DNA of 64,000 nt from an uncultured Alphaproteobacteria bacterium (GCA_963850535.1 CAWKMC010000063.1:23991-87990), one strand, 5' to 3'. Shown: positions 32,078 through 42,753, counted from the stretch's first letter. Numbers and translations: made by a program. The notes: generated by a model from the letters alone, not told the origin.

Positions 32078-32368
32078 TCCCCGGCCAGGCGAGGCCCAAC
32101 AGTTTCTTGGGCAACTCCAAGCGCTTACTTCAGTGGGATTGTCGAGGCGGATTGCCGGGGTGGTCACAGCGCGATTGCCACTCAGCAGAAACTTCCGCAT
32201 TTCGTCCTCCTTGTTGCACCGGCCGAAACCGGCGAATTGCAGGGCCACGCACGCAGCGGGCAACGAACCTCTGCGAAGGAGTATGAGGCGACGGCGAGCG
32301 ACACCGCAACGGGAGATCAGGATTCCTAATGGCAATTGCGAAACACTGTTGCCATGATGCCACAAGCG

Positions 32369-32950
32369 TCACGCGAGCGCGGCGATCGCTCCGACAGCCC
32401 GGCAGATCTTGGGGGGCAACCGTCGGACGTTTCCCCCGTGTACGCCGCCGAGTGCCCCGGCTGGCAATGGACCGGCGCAAGCGATACGGCCCCAGCGCAG
32501 GGGACTTAGCACCCTGGCGTTGGGATGGCTCACGGTGGGGAAAACCGGCGAGAGGAAGGCCAGCAAAGCGCCGGCACGGTGGGCTCGCCGTAGATCGGCA
32601 AGTCCGTGCGCTGAGCTCGTGACCAAGCCGTGGCTTCGATGCTGAGGCCCAGGCCAGCGACCGCCGCGCAGATGCACGCCAGCATGCAGTGCGGCGGCGA
32701 GCCTTGCGTCACCAGCCACCACGAGCGCCAGGCGGCGGGCGCGGCAGATGCGGGCGAGATCGCGGCCAAGCGTCGCTCGATCCGGATCATTGTCGTGCCG
32801 TAGTACGACGCCCGCAAGACCGCGTGGGAGCCGAGCCACGGCTGGCCGGGGGTCGGGCAAGCGGCGCGCGTCGGTAAATAGCCAGAGCGGGGGAACATCC
32901 GAGCGACGGCGACGGCGGGCGCGCGCCCAAGCCACCAGCTGGCTATCCAT
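32369..32950 (-). CDS. Thiamine phosphate synthase (ThiE/TenI) family protein
   Basis: PPLWLFTDARRLPDP...GLAGVVLRHD...LVVAGDARLAAALHAGVHL matches the short ThiE-like family common in Rhizobiales. The exact function is not inferable. Confidence 0.65.
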   Translation of the reverse strand: MDSQLVAWARARRRRRSDVPPLWLFTDARRLPDPRPAVARLPRGLAGVVLRHDNDPDRATLGRDLARICRARRLALVVAGDARLAAALHAGVHLRGGRWPGPQHRSHGLVTSSAHGLADLRRAHRAGALLAFLSPVFPTVSHPNARVLSPLRWGRIACAGPLPAGALGGVHGGNVRRLPPKICRAVGAIAALA

Positions 32951-32958
32951 CGTGCGGC

Positions 32959-34530
32959 ATGAGCGTCTGTGCTAACAGGTCGGTGGACATGAGCAAACGG
33001 AAGCACGCTATCGAGGCGTATTTCCAGAGCGGGCTCCGACTGCATCGCGCCGGTCGCCTGCAGGAAGCCGAGCAGGTGTATCGACAGGTGCTCGCCGCCT
33101 CGCCCGCACATGCCGATAGCCTGCACATGCTCGGCGTGGTCGCTACGCAATGCGGCCAGCCGGAGGCGGCGCTAAGCTGCATCGACCAGGCGATCGCCCT
33201 CAAGCCATCAGTCGCGATGTTCCACGTCAACCGCGCCGCCGCCCTGCTTGCTCTGCGCCAGCTCGACGCGGCGCTGGCGGCCTGCCAGCAGGCACTCCGT
33301 TTGAAGCGCAATTGCGCCGAGGCCTACCAGGTGATGGGACACGTGCTGAGCGATCTGGGGCGGCCAGAGGAAGCGGTGGCCGCACACCGGGATGCCTTGC
33401 GGCATAGGATGGATCTGCCCGACGGGCACAACAATCTTGGCCTGGCACTGCGCCAGGCCGGCTGCCTGGAAGAGGCGCTGGCGGCGTTGCGTCAGGCGGT
33501 GGAGCACGCGCCGGGAGACCCCGTGGCACAGGGCAATTTGGCCAGCGTTCTGAAGGAACTCGCGCGGCTCGACGAGGCAGAGGCGTGCTACAAGGCCGCA
33601 CTGGGGCAGCATCCAGACGATCCCGTGCTGCACGTAAACCTGGGGTTTGTCCTTCTGCTGGCCGGAAGATTTGAGGCGGGGTGGCAGGAATATGATTGGC
33701 GGTTCCGCGCCGGTGCCGCGCATATACCAACCTGCGCGCAGCCCCGTTGGAACGGGGATGACCTTGCAGGACGCAGGCTGCTGATCCGCGCTGAACAAGG
33801 GATGGGCGACACCATCCAGTTCTGTCGGTTTGTACGGATTGCGGCACAGCGGGGCGAAGTGGTGCTGGAGGTGCAGCCGGGGCTGCGCCACCTGATTAGC
33901 GGCGTGCTGGACGAGAGGCAGATTGTCACGGTTGGTCAGGCACTGCCGACGTTCGACGTGTGGTGTCCCCTGCTCAGCCTGCCGTACCTGCTGGGCATGG
34001 AGGCGTTGCAACCGCCTTATGTTGCCGCCGATGCCGATCGGGTGGCCGCGTGGCGCGCGCGGATCGGCACGCATGGTCGGCGAATCGGCATCGCCTGGCA
34101 GGGCAACCCGACCAGCGCAGCCGAGCGTGGGCGGTCGGTGCCGGTACGCGAGTTCCTGCCGCTGGCGCAGGTGCCTGGTGTCCGGCTGATCAGTCTGCAA
34201 AAACACGATGGACTCGATCAGCTTGCATCACTGCCGGAGGAACTCCGTATTGAGACACTGGGCGACGACTTTGACGCCGGGCCCGAAGCGTTCCTCGATG
34301 CTGCGGCCGTCATGCAGTGTGTTGACCTTGTTGTCACGTCGGACACTTCGGTCGCGCATCTCTGCGGCGCGCTCGGCCGACCGGTTTGGGTGGCTTTGCA
34401 GCACGTACCGGACTGGCGGTGGCAATTGGACGGCGACACCTGCGCCTGGTATCCCTCGATGCGGCTGTTCAGGCAGCCCAAGCGTGGCGACTGGGCCAGC
34501 GTGTTCGCCCGGATCGCGGCATGCCTGTAA
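32959..34530 (+). CDS. TPR-repeat protein with a C-terminal glycosyltransferase family 9-like domain
   Basis: The N-terminal TPR units read YRQVLAASPAHADSLHMLGVVA and so on. The C-terminal half has EQGMGDTIQFCRFV and VVTSDTSVAHLCGALGRPVWV. The start could instead be the ATG at 32989. Confidence 0.8.
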   Translation: MSVCANRSVDMSKRKHAIEAYFQSGLRLHRAGRLQEAEQVYRQVLAASPAHADSLHMLGVVATQCGQPEAALSCIDQAIALKPSVAMFHVNRAAALLALRQLDAALAACQQALRLKRNCAEAYQVMGHVLSDLGRPEEAVAAHRDALRHRMDLPDGHNNLGLALRQAGCLEEALAALRQAVEHAPGDPVAQGNLASVLKELARLDEAEACYKAALGQHPDDPVLHVNLGFVLLLAGRFEAGWQEYDWRFRAGAAHIPTCAQPRWNGDDLAGRRLLIRAEQGMGDTIQFCRFVRIAAQRGEVVLEVQPGLRHLISGVLDERQIVTVGQALPTFDVWCPLLSLPYLLGMEALQPPYVAADADRVAAWRARIGTHGRRIGIAWQGNPTSAAERGRSVPVREFLPLAQVPGVRLISLQKHDGLDQLASLPEELRIETLGDDFDAGPEAFLDAAAVMQCVDLVVTSDTSVAHLCGALGRPVWVALQHVPDWRWQLDGDTCAWYPSMRLFRQPKRGDWASVFARIAACL

Positions 34531-34919
34531 CACCGCGCGTGCCGGTCTCCTGGGGCGAATTGATCGACAAAATCACCATCCTGGAGATCAAGCTCGAACG
34601 GCTGAACGCGCCCGGGGCACAGAAGAACGCGGCGCACGAGCTGGCGCTGCTGCGGGCCGAGCTGGCGACCGATGTGCCGCCAGGGGTTGCCGCGCTGCGC
34701 GGTGAGCTTGCCGCAACAAACCGTCGGCTGTGGGATATCGAGGACGCGGTCCGCCGGAAGGAAGCGGCGCAGGCTTTCGACGCGGAGTTCATCGAACTGG
34801 CGCGCGCGGTATACCGCAGCAACGACGAACGCAGCCGCATCAAGCGGGCGATCAACGACCTGCTTGGATCGGATATCATCGAGGAGAAGCAGTATGTCGG
34901 TTACCGAGACAGCGAGTGA
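34521..34919 (+). CDS. DUF6165-like small protein
   Basis: MPVTPRVPVSWGELIDKITILEIKLERL... The internal ATG at 34521 overlaps the TPR gene stop by 10 nt. The family name is from memory. Confidence 0.65.
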   Translation: MPVTPRVPVSWGELIDKITILEIKLERLNAPGAQKNAAHELALLRAELATDVPPGVAALRGELAATNRRLWDIEDAVRRKEAAQAFDAEFIELARAVYRSNDERSRIKRAINDLLGSDIIEEKQYVGYRDSE

Positions 34920-35580
34920 CATCGCGGCTATCGCCGACAACCTGCGCCGGGTTCGCGAACGGATTGCCAACGCCGCCATCAAGGCCGGTCGAAAACCCGA
35001 CGACGTCACGCTGGTCGCGGTCAGCAAGACCAAGCCTGGCGAGGCGGTGCGCGCCGCGCTGGCAGCTGGCCAGACAGTGTTCGGCGAGAATCGCGTGCAG
35101 GAAGCGGTGATCAAGTTTCCACCGCTGCGTGCCGAATACCGATTTCAGCTGCACATCATTGGCGGCCTGCAGACCAACAAGGCGCGTGAGGCCGTGCGTC
35201 TGGCCGACGTGATCGAGACGCTCGACCGGCCACGTCTGGCGGACGCGATCGAGCAGGCGATGGCGAGAGAGGGGCGCACGCCAACGCTGCTTATAGAAGT
35301 GAATACCGGGGACGAGCCGCAGAAGTCCGGCGTTGTGCGTGCCGAGGCGGATGCGTTCATCGAGGCGTGCAAGGCGCGGTTCGGTGCGAAGCTGGTCGGG
35401 CTGATGTGCGTGCCGCCACTCGACCATGATCCGCGCCCGCACTTTGAATGGTTGGCCGAACGGGCAGCACGGCATGGGCTGAGCGTGCTATCGATGGGAA
35501 TGTCCGCGGATTTTGAAATCGCCATCGCCTGTGGTGCGACATGGGTACGGGTGGGATCGGCGATATTCGGACACCGGTAA
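34894..35580 (+). CDS. yggS: YggS-family pyridoxal phosphate homeostasis protein
   Basis: VTLVAVSKTKP (PLP lysine context), FGENRVQE, HIIGGLQTNK and SMGMSADFEIAIACGATWVRVGSAIFG. GAGGAG lies upstream of the ATG at 34894. Confidence 0.85.
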   Translation: MSVTETASDIAAIADNLRRVRERIANAAIKAGRKPDDVTLVAVSKTKPGEAVRAALAAGQTVFGENRVQEAVIKFPPLRAEYRFQLHIIGGLQTNKAREAVRLADVIETLDRPRLADAIEQAMAREGRTPTLLIEVNTGDEPQKSGVVRAEADAFIEACKARFGAKLVGLMCVPPLDHDPRPHFEWLAERAARHGLSVLSMGMSADFEIAIACGATWVRVGSAIFGHR

Positions 35581-35603
35581 GGGCGTCTTTCGGCTGTAAA
35601 TGC

Positions 35604-36107
35604 TTAAAGATGCGCGGCGATGATGCGTGCCAGGTTTTCGCAGCCAATCTGATCGTCATCGTCGAAGCGCGCCAAATCCGGGCTGTCGAGATCGAGAACG
35701 CCGATCACCCCGTCTCCGCGAAACAGTGGGACGACCAGTTCCGAGCGTGACGCAACGTCGCAGGCGATGTGACCCGGGAAAGCGGTGACATCAGGGATAA
35801 GGATGGAGCGGCGCTCGGCCGCCGCTGTGCCGCAGACCCCGCGCCCAAGGGGAATGCGCACGCAGGCTGGGAGGCCTTGAAACGGACCCACGATCAATTC
35901 TTCACCGCGCAGGAAGTAGAATCCGGCCCAGTTCAGCGCCGGCAAGGCATGATAGATCGCTGCGGCTGCGTTGGCAGCATTGGCTACCGCATCGGGCTCG
36001 TCGGCCAACAGCGCGTCGAGCTCGCGGGCCAATTCTTCATAGAGTGCAGCTTTAGGCGCCTCACGTCGGACGCAGGTCCAAGGTGTGGGTCGGCTCGGGT
36101 CGTGCAT
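35604..36107 (-). CDS. GAF domain protein (free methionine-R-sulfoxide reductase-like)
   Basis: NWAGFYFLRGEELIVGPFQGLPACVRIPLGRGVCGTAA...FPGHIACD...SELVVPL. Confidence 0.8.
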   Translation of the reverse strand: MHDPSRPTPWTCVRREAPKAALYEELARELDALLADEPDAVANAANAAAAIYHALPALNWAGFYFLRGEELIVGPFQGLPACVRIPLGRGVCGTAAAERRSILIPDVTAFPGHIACDVASRSELVVPLFRGDGVIGVLDLDSPDLARFDDDDQIGCENLARIIAAHL

Positions 36108-36158
36108 CTTGGCTCTCCGATGACGGCAACCAATGCTACCGTCATCTGGAAAGTCGCG

Positions 36159-36569
36159 TCAGTGCGTCGCTGCTCTTGCCTCGGTTCCGGTCCTGGCACG
36201 ACCGGGGGCGGGCTCGGCCGTGATGCGCATCGTCGCCGCAGCATCACGCAGTATCGTACGCAGTTCACGTAAAAACGCCATGCCTGTTGCCGTCCGCTGC
36301 ACCAGCACGCTCCGACGATCCAGCGGATCGGTCTTGCGGCGTACCAGGTCAAATTCGGACAGACGATCGAGGGCCCGCGTGATGGCAGGTTTCGAAACAC
36401 CGAGCTTGGCGGCGAGCCCGCGTACGGTCTGCGCCTCGGTGTCCAGGTAGCAGGTCAAGAACACCCCAAGTTGCCGTGCCGAAAGGTCGGGACCGTCGCG
36501 ACGGACCAGCTCAACGATTGCTGTGCGCAGAATGCCGGCGAGGCCGTCGCTCACTTCGTTCGTGATCAT
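36159..36569 (-). CDS. MarR-family transcriptional regulator
   Basis: The winged-helix core reads VRGLAAKLGVSKPAITRALDRLSEFDLVRRKTDPLDRRSV. I chose the start at 36569, which has AAGGG 8 nt upstream. The ORF is open to 36620. Confidence 0.8.
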   Translation of the reverse strand: MITNEVSDGLAGILRTAIVELVRRDGPDLSARQLGVFLTCYLDTEAQTVRGLAAKLGVSKPAITRALDRLSEFDLVRRKTDPLDRRSVLVQRTATGMAFLRELRTILRDAAATMRITAEPAPGRARTGTEARAATH

Positions 36570-37008
36570 GTTCAGACCCTTTCTGAACCCAATTCGGTTG
36601 TCCAATCCATCGCGGGACAACCTTCCGCCGGGAGCCTGTCATAAGCTAAGGATTCATGTCGCGTAACGAGTGGGTTACCCCGCGATGCGGACCCCATTAC
36701 CGCAACAAAGACATCCGACACAAAATGATGGCCGACTCGATCAGGCCCCGAAACCGCCAGGGGAAGCAAATTCACAACCTGATCGCGCCGGCCAACATCC
36801 TGCGGCTCCCAGCGGCAGGAAGTAAAGGGTGCAACAACACATATTTCATCGCCCCTGCCGGCACATTACGAGAGTGACAGGAGTGCAGCAGACCCAGGCA
36901 CAGTTGTCGCAATGGCGACAGCCCACGTAAAATTTTGGTTGCAACCTGCAAACACTAACCGTTCAACGCGGCGGGCACATCCAATCCGGACCCAAAAATA
37001 GTACCGCG

Positions 37009-38901
37009 TCAGATCGCCACGCGGACGCCCAGTTCCACGACACGATCGTATGGGATGCGAAAGAATTCGGTCGCCGGAACCGCGTTTCGCGCGAGGACCA
37101 GGAACAGCCAGTGTCGCCACCATGGCATTTTCGGCACAGTGGCCGGAACCAGGACATCGCGGCCAAGAAAGTAACTTGCCTGCATTGGATCGAACGGGAC
37201 CCCGGCGTCATTCAGATCCTGCAGCGCACGAGGAATGTTGGGACTTTCCATAAAGCCATACCGCAGGATCACGCGATGAATGCCAGGCGCGAGCTCGGCC
37301 ACTTCCATGCGCCGATCCTGCCCCGCCTCCGGCACGTCGACGTTCTGTACTGTGACGAACAGGACCCGCTCGTGCAGCACCTTGTTGTGCTTGAGATTAT
37401 GTAAAAGCGAGGTGGGGACGTAGTCAGGCGTTCCGGTGAGGAACACCGCCATGCCAGGCACGCGGATGGTGCGGGATTGCGGCAGGCGCGCCAGGAATGG
37501 GGGGAGCGGCAGGCTGTCGTGTCGCCAGCGGGCCAGCAGCAGATCGCGGCCGCGCTTCCATGTCGTCATGATCGCTGTGAGCGCGAGGCCCAGCACCAGC
37601 GGCACCCAGCCGCCTTCCGGAACCTTCAACAGATTGGACGTGAAGTACAGCAAATCGACCACGAAAAAGAAGCCGAACACAATCACGGCGGTCGGCCGGG
37701 ACCAGTGAAATTCACGCCGGAACACCACGGTTGCCAATACGCTCGTGCAAAGAAAGGTGCCGGTGACGGCTATGCCGTATGCGGCGGCAAGATTATCGGA
37801 GGTCTTGAACGACAGCACCAGGATCGTCACCCCGACCAACATCATGCCGTTCACCTGCGGCAAATAGATCTGGCCCTCCTCGAGGTTGCTGGTGTGACGC
37901 ACAGTAAGGCGTGGAAGGAAGCCCAACTGCACGCATTGCCGCGCCATGGAATAAGCGCCCGAGATCATGGCCTGGCTGGCGATAACCGTCGCGGCGGTGG
38001 CGAGAACGACCATGGGCATGCTCGTCCAGTGCGGGCCGAGAAGGAAGAACGGATTGACCGCGGCGTCGGGCTCGGCGATGAGCAATGCACCCTGCCCGAA
38101 ATAGTTCAGCACGAGGCTGGGCAGCACGAAGAACAGCCACGCGAGGCGGATCGGTTGTCTACCGAAATGTCCCATATCGGCGTATAAGGCTTCGGCGCCG
38201 GTCACACAGAGCACCACCGAGCCGAGCACCACGAACGCCAACAGTCCATGATGCCAGCAGAGTGTGGCCGCATAGCTTGGCGACAGCGCCAGCAGCACGA
38301 AGGGGTGCTGCACGATTTCCCAGAGGCCTAACAGGCCAATGGAAAGAAACCACGCCGCCATGATCGGCCCGAACACGCGCCCAACACTGCCCGTGCCGCA
38401 CCACTGCACAGTGAACAAAGCAACAATCACCAGAACGCTGATGGGCAAGACGTATTGCCGCAACTCGGGTGCCGAGACTTCGATACCTTCGACCGCCGAC
38501 AGCACGGATATAGCCGGGGTGATCACACCATCACCGAAGAACAAACAAGCACCGGCTATGCCGATCAGAGTCAACGCACTGCGAACATGCGTGCCGACCG
38601 AAACGCGTTGCGCCAATGCCATCAGCGCGAGAATACCACCCTCGCCACGATTGTCGGCGCGCAGGATCAGCAGCACGTACTTGACCGTGACGATCAGCAC
38701 GAGTGACCAGAAGATCAGCGAGAGGATACCCATAATCTCGAGAGCGGTGACGCTATTCGGCGGAAAATGCTGCAGGCTCGCCTTAACCGCGTAAAGTGGA
38801 CTGGTGCCGATATCGCCGTAGACCACGCCCAGAACGGCGAGCAACATGCCGACGGCCGGTACCGGCCGACCCACCTTGCCCGCCGCGGCGGCGACCGTCA
38901 T
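37009..38901 (-). CDS. kup: KUP-family potassium uptake transporter
   Basis: [15 protein letters not shown] near the N-terminus, then about 12 TM segments and a cytoplasmic C-domain. The start is set at Met40 (38901). The ORF is open to 39018. Confidence 0.9.
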   Translation of the reverse strand: MTVAAAAGKVGRPVPAVGMLLAVLGVVYGDIGTSPLYAVKASLQHFPPNSVTALEIMGILSLIFWSLVLIVTVKYVLLILRADNRGEGGILALMALAQRVSVGTHVRSALTLIGIAGACLFFGDGVITPAISVLSAVEGIEVSAPELRQYVLPISVLVIVALFTVQWCGTGSVGRVFGPIMAAWFLSIGLLGLWEIVQHPFVLLALSPSYAATLCWHHGLLAFVVLGSVVLCVTGAEALYADMGHFGRQPIRLAWLFFVLPSLVLNYFGQGALLIAEPDAAVNPFFLLGPHWTSMPMVVLATAATVIASQAMISGAYSMARQCVQLGFLPRLTVRHTSNLEEGQIYLPQVNGMMLVGVTILVLSFKTSDNLAAAYGIAVTGTFLCTSVLATVVFRREFHWSRPTAVIVFGFFFVVDLLYFTSNLLKVPEGGWVPLVLGLALTAIMTTWKRGRDLLLARWRHDSLPLPPFLARLPQSRTIRVPGMAVFLTGTPDYVPTSLLHNLKHNKVLHERVLFVTVQNVDVPEAGQDRRMEVAELAPGIHRVILRYGFMESPNIPRALQDLNDAGVPFDPMQASYFLGRDVLVPATVPKMPWWRHWLFLVLARNAVPATEFFRIPYDRVVELGVRVAI

Positions 38902-39016
38902 CGTTGGACGTGGCCAATTCTCATCCACTGCCCCATACGCGTCCCTCGGGGGCTTAACAAGCGCCGTAGAGGGCGACGGTTGCCAAGCCGACGCGGCCAT
39001 CGCTAACGTAAGCGAC

Positions 39017-39571
39017 ATGAGTGATCTGACACAGGCTGGTAGCGGTCCGCGCCCTCGAACGGGCTGGGGCTGGTTCGTCGCGCTGGGGATTGTTCAACTG
39101 GTGCTTGGCATCATCGCCTGGTTCGACGTCATCGCTTTCACGATCGCAGGCGTCATCTTCATAGGCGCCTTGCTGCTCGTTGCAGGCATCTTCCAGATCG
39201 TCCATTCCTTCATGGACCGGGAGTGGGGTGGCTTTGCACTACACCTGCTGATCGGCATTCTTTACGTGGTCGGCGGGTTCCTGTTGATGGACGAGCCGAT
39301 CCAGGGATCGGTCGTCATCACTATCCTTGTGGCCGCGGCCTTGATTATCGGCGGGGTGCTGCGGATCGCGATGGCTGTCCAGCACCGGCATATGCCCGGC
39401 TGGTGGCTTCTGCTGCTCGGCGGCCTCGTCAGCCTTGTGGTCGGAGTCATGTTGTATCTGATGCTGCCATGGTCAGGACTTTGGGTTGTGGGCACATTGA
39501 TTGCCATCGAACTGATCTTCCATGGCGTGTCTTGGATCCAGTTCGGACTGGGACTGCGCAGAACCGCATAG
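39017..39571 (+). CDS. HdeD/DUF308-family membrane protein
   Basis: MSDLTQAG...[20 protein letters not shown] with repeated GxxxG-rich TM hairpins. The start is the internal ATG at 39017. Confidence 0.7.
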   Translation: MSDLTQAGSGPRPRTGWGWFVALGIVQLVLGIIAWFDVIAFTIAGVIFIGALLLVAGIFQIVHSFMDREWGGFALHLLIGILYVVGGFLLMDEPIQGSVVITILVAAALIIGGVLRIAMAVQHRHMPGWWLLLLGGLVSLVVGVMLYLMLPWSGLWVVGTLIAIELIFHGVSWIQFGLGLRRTA

Positions 39572-39663
39572 CCATCGCGACTCAAGTCTGTAAGGCACGC
39601 GCCGTAGCGAAGCTTTCGAGGCTAGCGTCCGCACGCCTTGCATTTTCCTCGTTCGAGCAGCCG

Positions 39664-40995
39664 CTAGCTGCGCACCGATTTCTGAAAGTCGCGCAGCACC
39701 TTGTTTCCGCGTTCAACCGCGGTATCGAGCGCCTGCCGGGCACCTTGCTGGCCGGCCAAGGCCTTTTCGCATTCCTCTTCGATGATCGTGCGAATCTCGG
39801 GCATGCGGCCAAGGTGAAAGCCGCGCGAATTGTCGGTGACGTGGCCACGCGAAAGCTGCTTTACCGGCAGATCGGTGCCGGGGTTCTGTTCGAACCAGCC
39901 TTGCTGCTCCAGCAGTTTGTAACCGGCATGCGTGACGGGGATGTAGCCGGTGCCTACGCTCCACTGCGCGTCCTGCGGTGGCTGGCCAAGGAAACGCAGG
40001 AACTGCGCGACGCCGCGATATTCCGCTGTGTCGCGCTTTGGTGCCGTCAGCACCCAGAAACTGGCGCCGCCAATCGCCGAATTGATCGGCTGCTTGATGA
40101 CCTCGGGATCATAGGGCAGGAAGCCGGGCGCCCAGCGAAACTTCGCGCTTCGCTTGAGATCACCGCGCAGTGCAGAGGTGCTGCAGGCCATGGCAGACTG
40201 GCCGTTGAGGAACGCACCATCACCGGCGCCGTCGCGGCCGGTGTAGTGGAACGCATTGTCCTTCGCCATGTCGATCAAGCGCTGCAGGTGCTTCACGAAC
40301 GGTGGGCTATTGACCTTGAGCACCGCGTCGAGCCCCTTGAATCCATTCGCCTCGGTGGCAAAGGGGATGTCGTGGATCGCCCCATACTGTTCGAACTGCG
40401 ACCACACGACAGAGGCGATAGTGACGCCGAAGGGTGCAGCGTCCTTCTGACGGACGGTGTGCATCGCGACCTCGACGTCCTGCCAGGTTGGCGGCTGTTC
40501 ATGCAGGCTGACCCCGGCTTTTTCCAGCACATCAAGATTGTACCAGGCAATCGCCGTGGATGAGTTGAAAGGCATCGCAGCCAGCTTGCCATCGGGCGTA
40601 CTGTAGTAGCCGCGCACGGCTGGAATGTAGCCTTCGGGATCGATTTGAACGCCGGTTTGCTGGGCAAGCTGCCAGACCGGTTTGATGACCGGCCCCGAGG
40701 TCAGCATGGTCTCCGTGCCGATCTCGAATACCTGCGCGATGTGGGGAGCCTGGCCAGCACGATAGGCGGCGATGACCGAGGCCAGCAGGTCCTTGTAGGC
40801 GCCCTTGAACAGGCCAGTGACCTCGACGCTGTCCTGGCTGGCGTTGAAGGCGCTGATCAGCTTGTTGAGTTCCTCGCCGAGCGCGGCACTCATTGCGTGC
40901 CACAGCGTGATGTGGGTCTTCTCAGCGGCGCGAGCCCGAGCGGCAATGGCAAGCGCGCCGGTCGCGGCCAACACGGTGCGTCGGTTGATCGTCAT
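39664..40995 (-). CDS. ugpB: Extracellular solute-binding protein, family 1 (sn-glycerol-3-phosphate UgpB-like); orphan, with no adjacent permeases
   Basis: Tat/Sec signal MTINRRTVLAATGALAIAARARA, then ITLWHAMSAALGEELNKLISAFNASQ... The specificity assignment is tentative. Confidence 0.65.
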   Translation of the reverse strand: MTINRRTVLAATGALAIAARARAAEKTHITLWHAMSAALGEELNKLISAFNASQDSVEVTGLFKGAYKDLLASVIAAYRAGQAPHIAQVFEIGTETMLTSGPVIKPVWQLAQQTGVQIDPEGYIPAVRGYYSTPDGKLAAMPFNSSTAIAWYNLDVLEKAGVSLHEQPPTWQDVEVAMHTVRQKDAAPFGVTIASVVWSQFEQYGAIHDIPFATEANGFKGLDAVLKVNSPPFVKHLQRLIDMAKDNAFHYTGRDGAGDGAFLNGQSAMACSTSALRGDLKRSAKFRWAPGFLPYDPEVIKQPINSAIGGASFWVLTAPKRDTAEYRGVAQFLRFLGQPPQDAQWSVGTGYIPVTHAGYKLLEQQGWFEQNPGTDLPVKQLSRGHVTDNSRGFHLGRMPEIRTIIEEECEKALAGQQGARQALDTAVERGNKVLRDFQKSVRS

Positions 40996-41142
40996 GGCTT
41001 TGACGTTGTCCCCTCGTATATTGCGTCAACGCTAGCAGGCGGAAGTGCACTACGCCATTGACGGCCGGAGTGCGGCCGATCAGTTTGGCGAGAAACCAAA
41101 GCGAACCTTCGGCTGACCGGGGCGCGGATAGGGAGCCAGGCC

Positions 41143-42723
41143 ATGGAGACAAATTTCTGCCGTGTCATGGCGACGATGGCGTTACGTTACAGGAATAACA
41201 TCGCCATCGTCAATTTGGAGCGCAATCGTCGCTACACGTATCCTGAATATCACCGGCTGACCAACCGCATCGCCAACATGGTGCGTAGTTCCCTAGGCTT
41301 GCGGACTGGCGATACGGCGCTGCTGATCCTCGACAACGACAGCTTCAGCCTTATGCACTTTCCGATGATCTACAAGCAGGAGGCTATGTTTGCCTTCAGC
41401 AACAACCGCGACAGCATCGAGGAGCACGCGCGACAAATAGACTATGTGAAGCCGAAGGCGGTGTTTATCGAGACCCGGATGCTGGCGAGCCACTACGAGA
41501 TGCTGCGCGGTCGCAATTGCACGATCGTGGTGATGGACGCTGCTCTCGACCTGCCTGAGGGTGTTCGCTGCTTCTGGGACCTGGTCGAAGCGGCATCCGA
41601 TGCGGACAACGACGTGGCACTCGACGCTACGCGGCATGTCTCGATCCTGCGCTTCACCGGCGGCACCACTGCCACCGGTAAATGCGCGATGTATACGATG
41701 GACCATTTCCTGGCCTGTCGCGACAGTTTCTACGCTCAGAGCGATCTCTGCTACGACGAGACCAACAAATATCTGGTGATAACCCCACTATCGCACGCCA
41801 GCTTTCTTCCCTTCCTGCCGACGTTCTTCTCGGGCGGCGCGACCTACACCCTGAACAGCGCCGATCTCGTCGGGTGGTGCGAGGCAGTGCAGCGCGAACG
41901 CATCACTCATTCTCTGCTGGTGCCGACCCTGCTTTACCGACTGCTGGATATGAACAGCGCCAGGACTTACGACCTCGCATCGCTCCGCACTCTTATCTAT
42001 GGCGCGGCACCGATCGCGCCGGCGGCCGTAGGTCGCCTGGTGGAGGAATTTGGGCCGATCTTTGCGCAACTATACGGCGCGACAGAGACCTTGATGTTCG
42101 TGACAAGTCTCTCGAAGGCCGATCATACGAGCGATACCGATGATGGCCGACGGCGGCTTGGCTCCGCCGGGCGTGTCACACCGGGCGTCGAAATGGTCAT
42201 CAGCGACGTCGAGGGTAATCCGCTGCCGGTAGGCGAAACCGGCGAAATCCGCCTGCGCACGCGCGCGACCATAGGTGGCTACTTCAACAATCCTGAAGGT
42301 ACTGCGGCCGAATTCCAGGATGGGTTCTGGCTCTCGGGTGACCTTGGCTATCTCGACGACGGCGGCTACCTGTTCATCGTCGATCGCAAGAAGGACATGA
42401 TTATCACCGGTGGCTTCAACGTCTATGCTGTGGAGGTGGAGGCGGCGCTATCGGAACATCAATCCGTGCTGATGTCGGCCGTTGTTGGCATTCCGCACCC
42501 TCATTGGGGCGAGGCGGTGCATGCCGAGGTGATGCTGCGAGAAGGCGCCGCCGCAGTCTCGGAGGATGAGCTGATCGAACTCGCGAAAGTAAAGCTCGGC
42601 TCCTACAAGGCGCCAAAGAGTGTACGGTTTGTCCGCGAGCTGCCGCTGTCGTCCGTGGGCAAGGTGTTGCGCCGGCAGGTTCGGCGTCCCTATTGGGAAG
42701 GTCACGAACGCCAAATCGGATGA
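41143..42723 (+). CDS. AMP-dependent synthetase/ligase (acyl-CoA or aryl-CoA ligase)
   Basis: The adenylation motifs are RFTGGTTATGK, YGATE, GWLSGDLGYLDDGGYLFIVDRKKDMII and a C-terminal GKVLRR. Confidence 0.85.
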   Translation: METNFCRVMATMALRYRNNIAIVNLERNRRYTYPEYHRLTNRIANMVRSSLGLRTGDTALLILDNDSFSLMHFPMIYKQEAMFAFSNNRDSIEEHARQIDYVKPKAVFIETRMLASHYEMLRGRNCTIVVMDAALDLPEGVRCFWDLVEAASDADNDVALDATRHVSILRFTGGTTATGKCAMYTMDHFLACRDSFYAQSDLCYDETNKYLVITPLSHASFLPFLPTFFSGGATYTLNSADLVGWCEAVQRERITHSLLVPTLLYRLLDMNSARTYDLASLRTLIYGAAPIAPAAVGRLVEEFGPIFAQLYGATETLMFVTSLSKADHTSDTDDGRRRLGSAGRVTPGVEMVISDVEGNPLPVGETGEIRLRTRATIGGYFNNPEGTAAEFQDGFWLSGDLGYLDDGGYLFIVDRKKDMIITGGFNVYAVEVEAALSEHQSVLMSAVVGIPHPHWGEAVHAEVMLREGAAAVSEDELIELAKVKLGSYKAPKSVRFVRELPLSSVGKVLRRQVRRPYWEGHERQIG

Positions 42724-42753
42724 CATCTCTTTCGTTTGCCAGGAGAACATGAC

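Noticed and set aside
32132-32145. A 13 of 14 nt match (TCGACAATCCCACT, minus strand) to the T-arm of tRNA-Ser, considered as a possible att remnant.
   Set aside because: It is in inverted orientation relative to the tRNA and lies outside the island. An exact core of only 9 nt is expected by chance about once in 128 kb of two-strand search space.
36900-36925. Imperfect hairpin GTTGTCGCaatgGCGACAGC in the 440-bp gap between marR and kup.
   Set aside because: It has one mismatch in an 8-bp stem and no T tract on either strand. It lies about 85 nt beyond the kup stop, so it is not convincing as a terminator or riboswitch element.
39016-39019. CATG where the longest kup ORF (minus strand) and hdeD (plus strand) would have overlapping divergent start codons.
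   Set aside because: The conserved Kup N-terminal motif ([11 protein letters not shown]) begins well downstream. Met40 at 38901 gives a normal N-terminus and leaves a 115-bp divergent promoter region. The overlap comes from taking the longest ORF.
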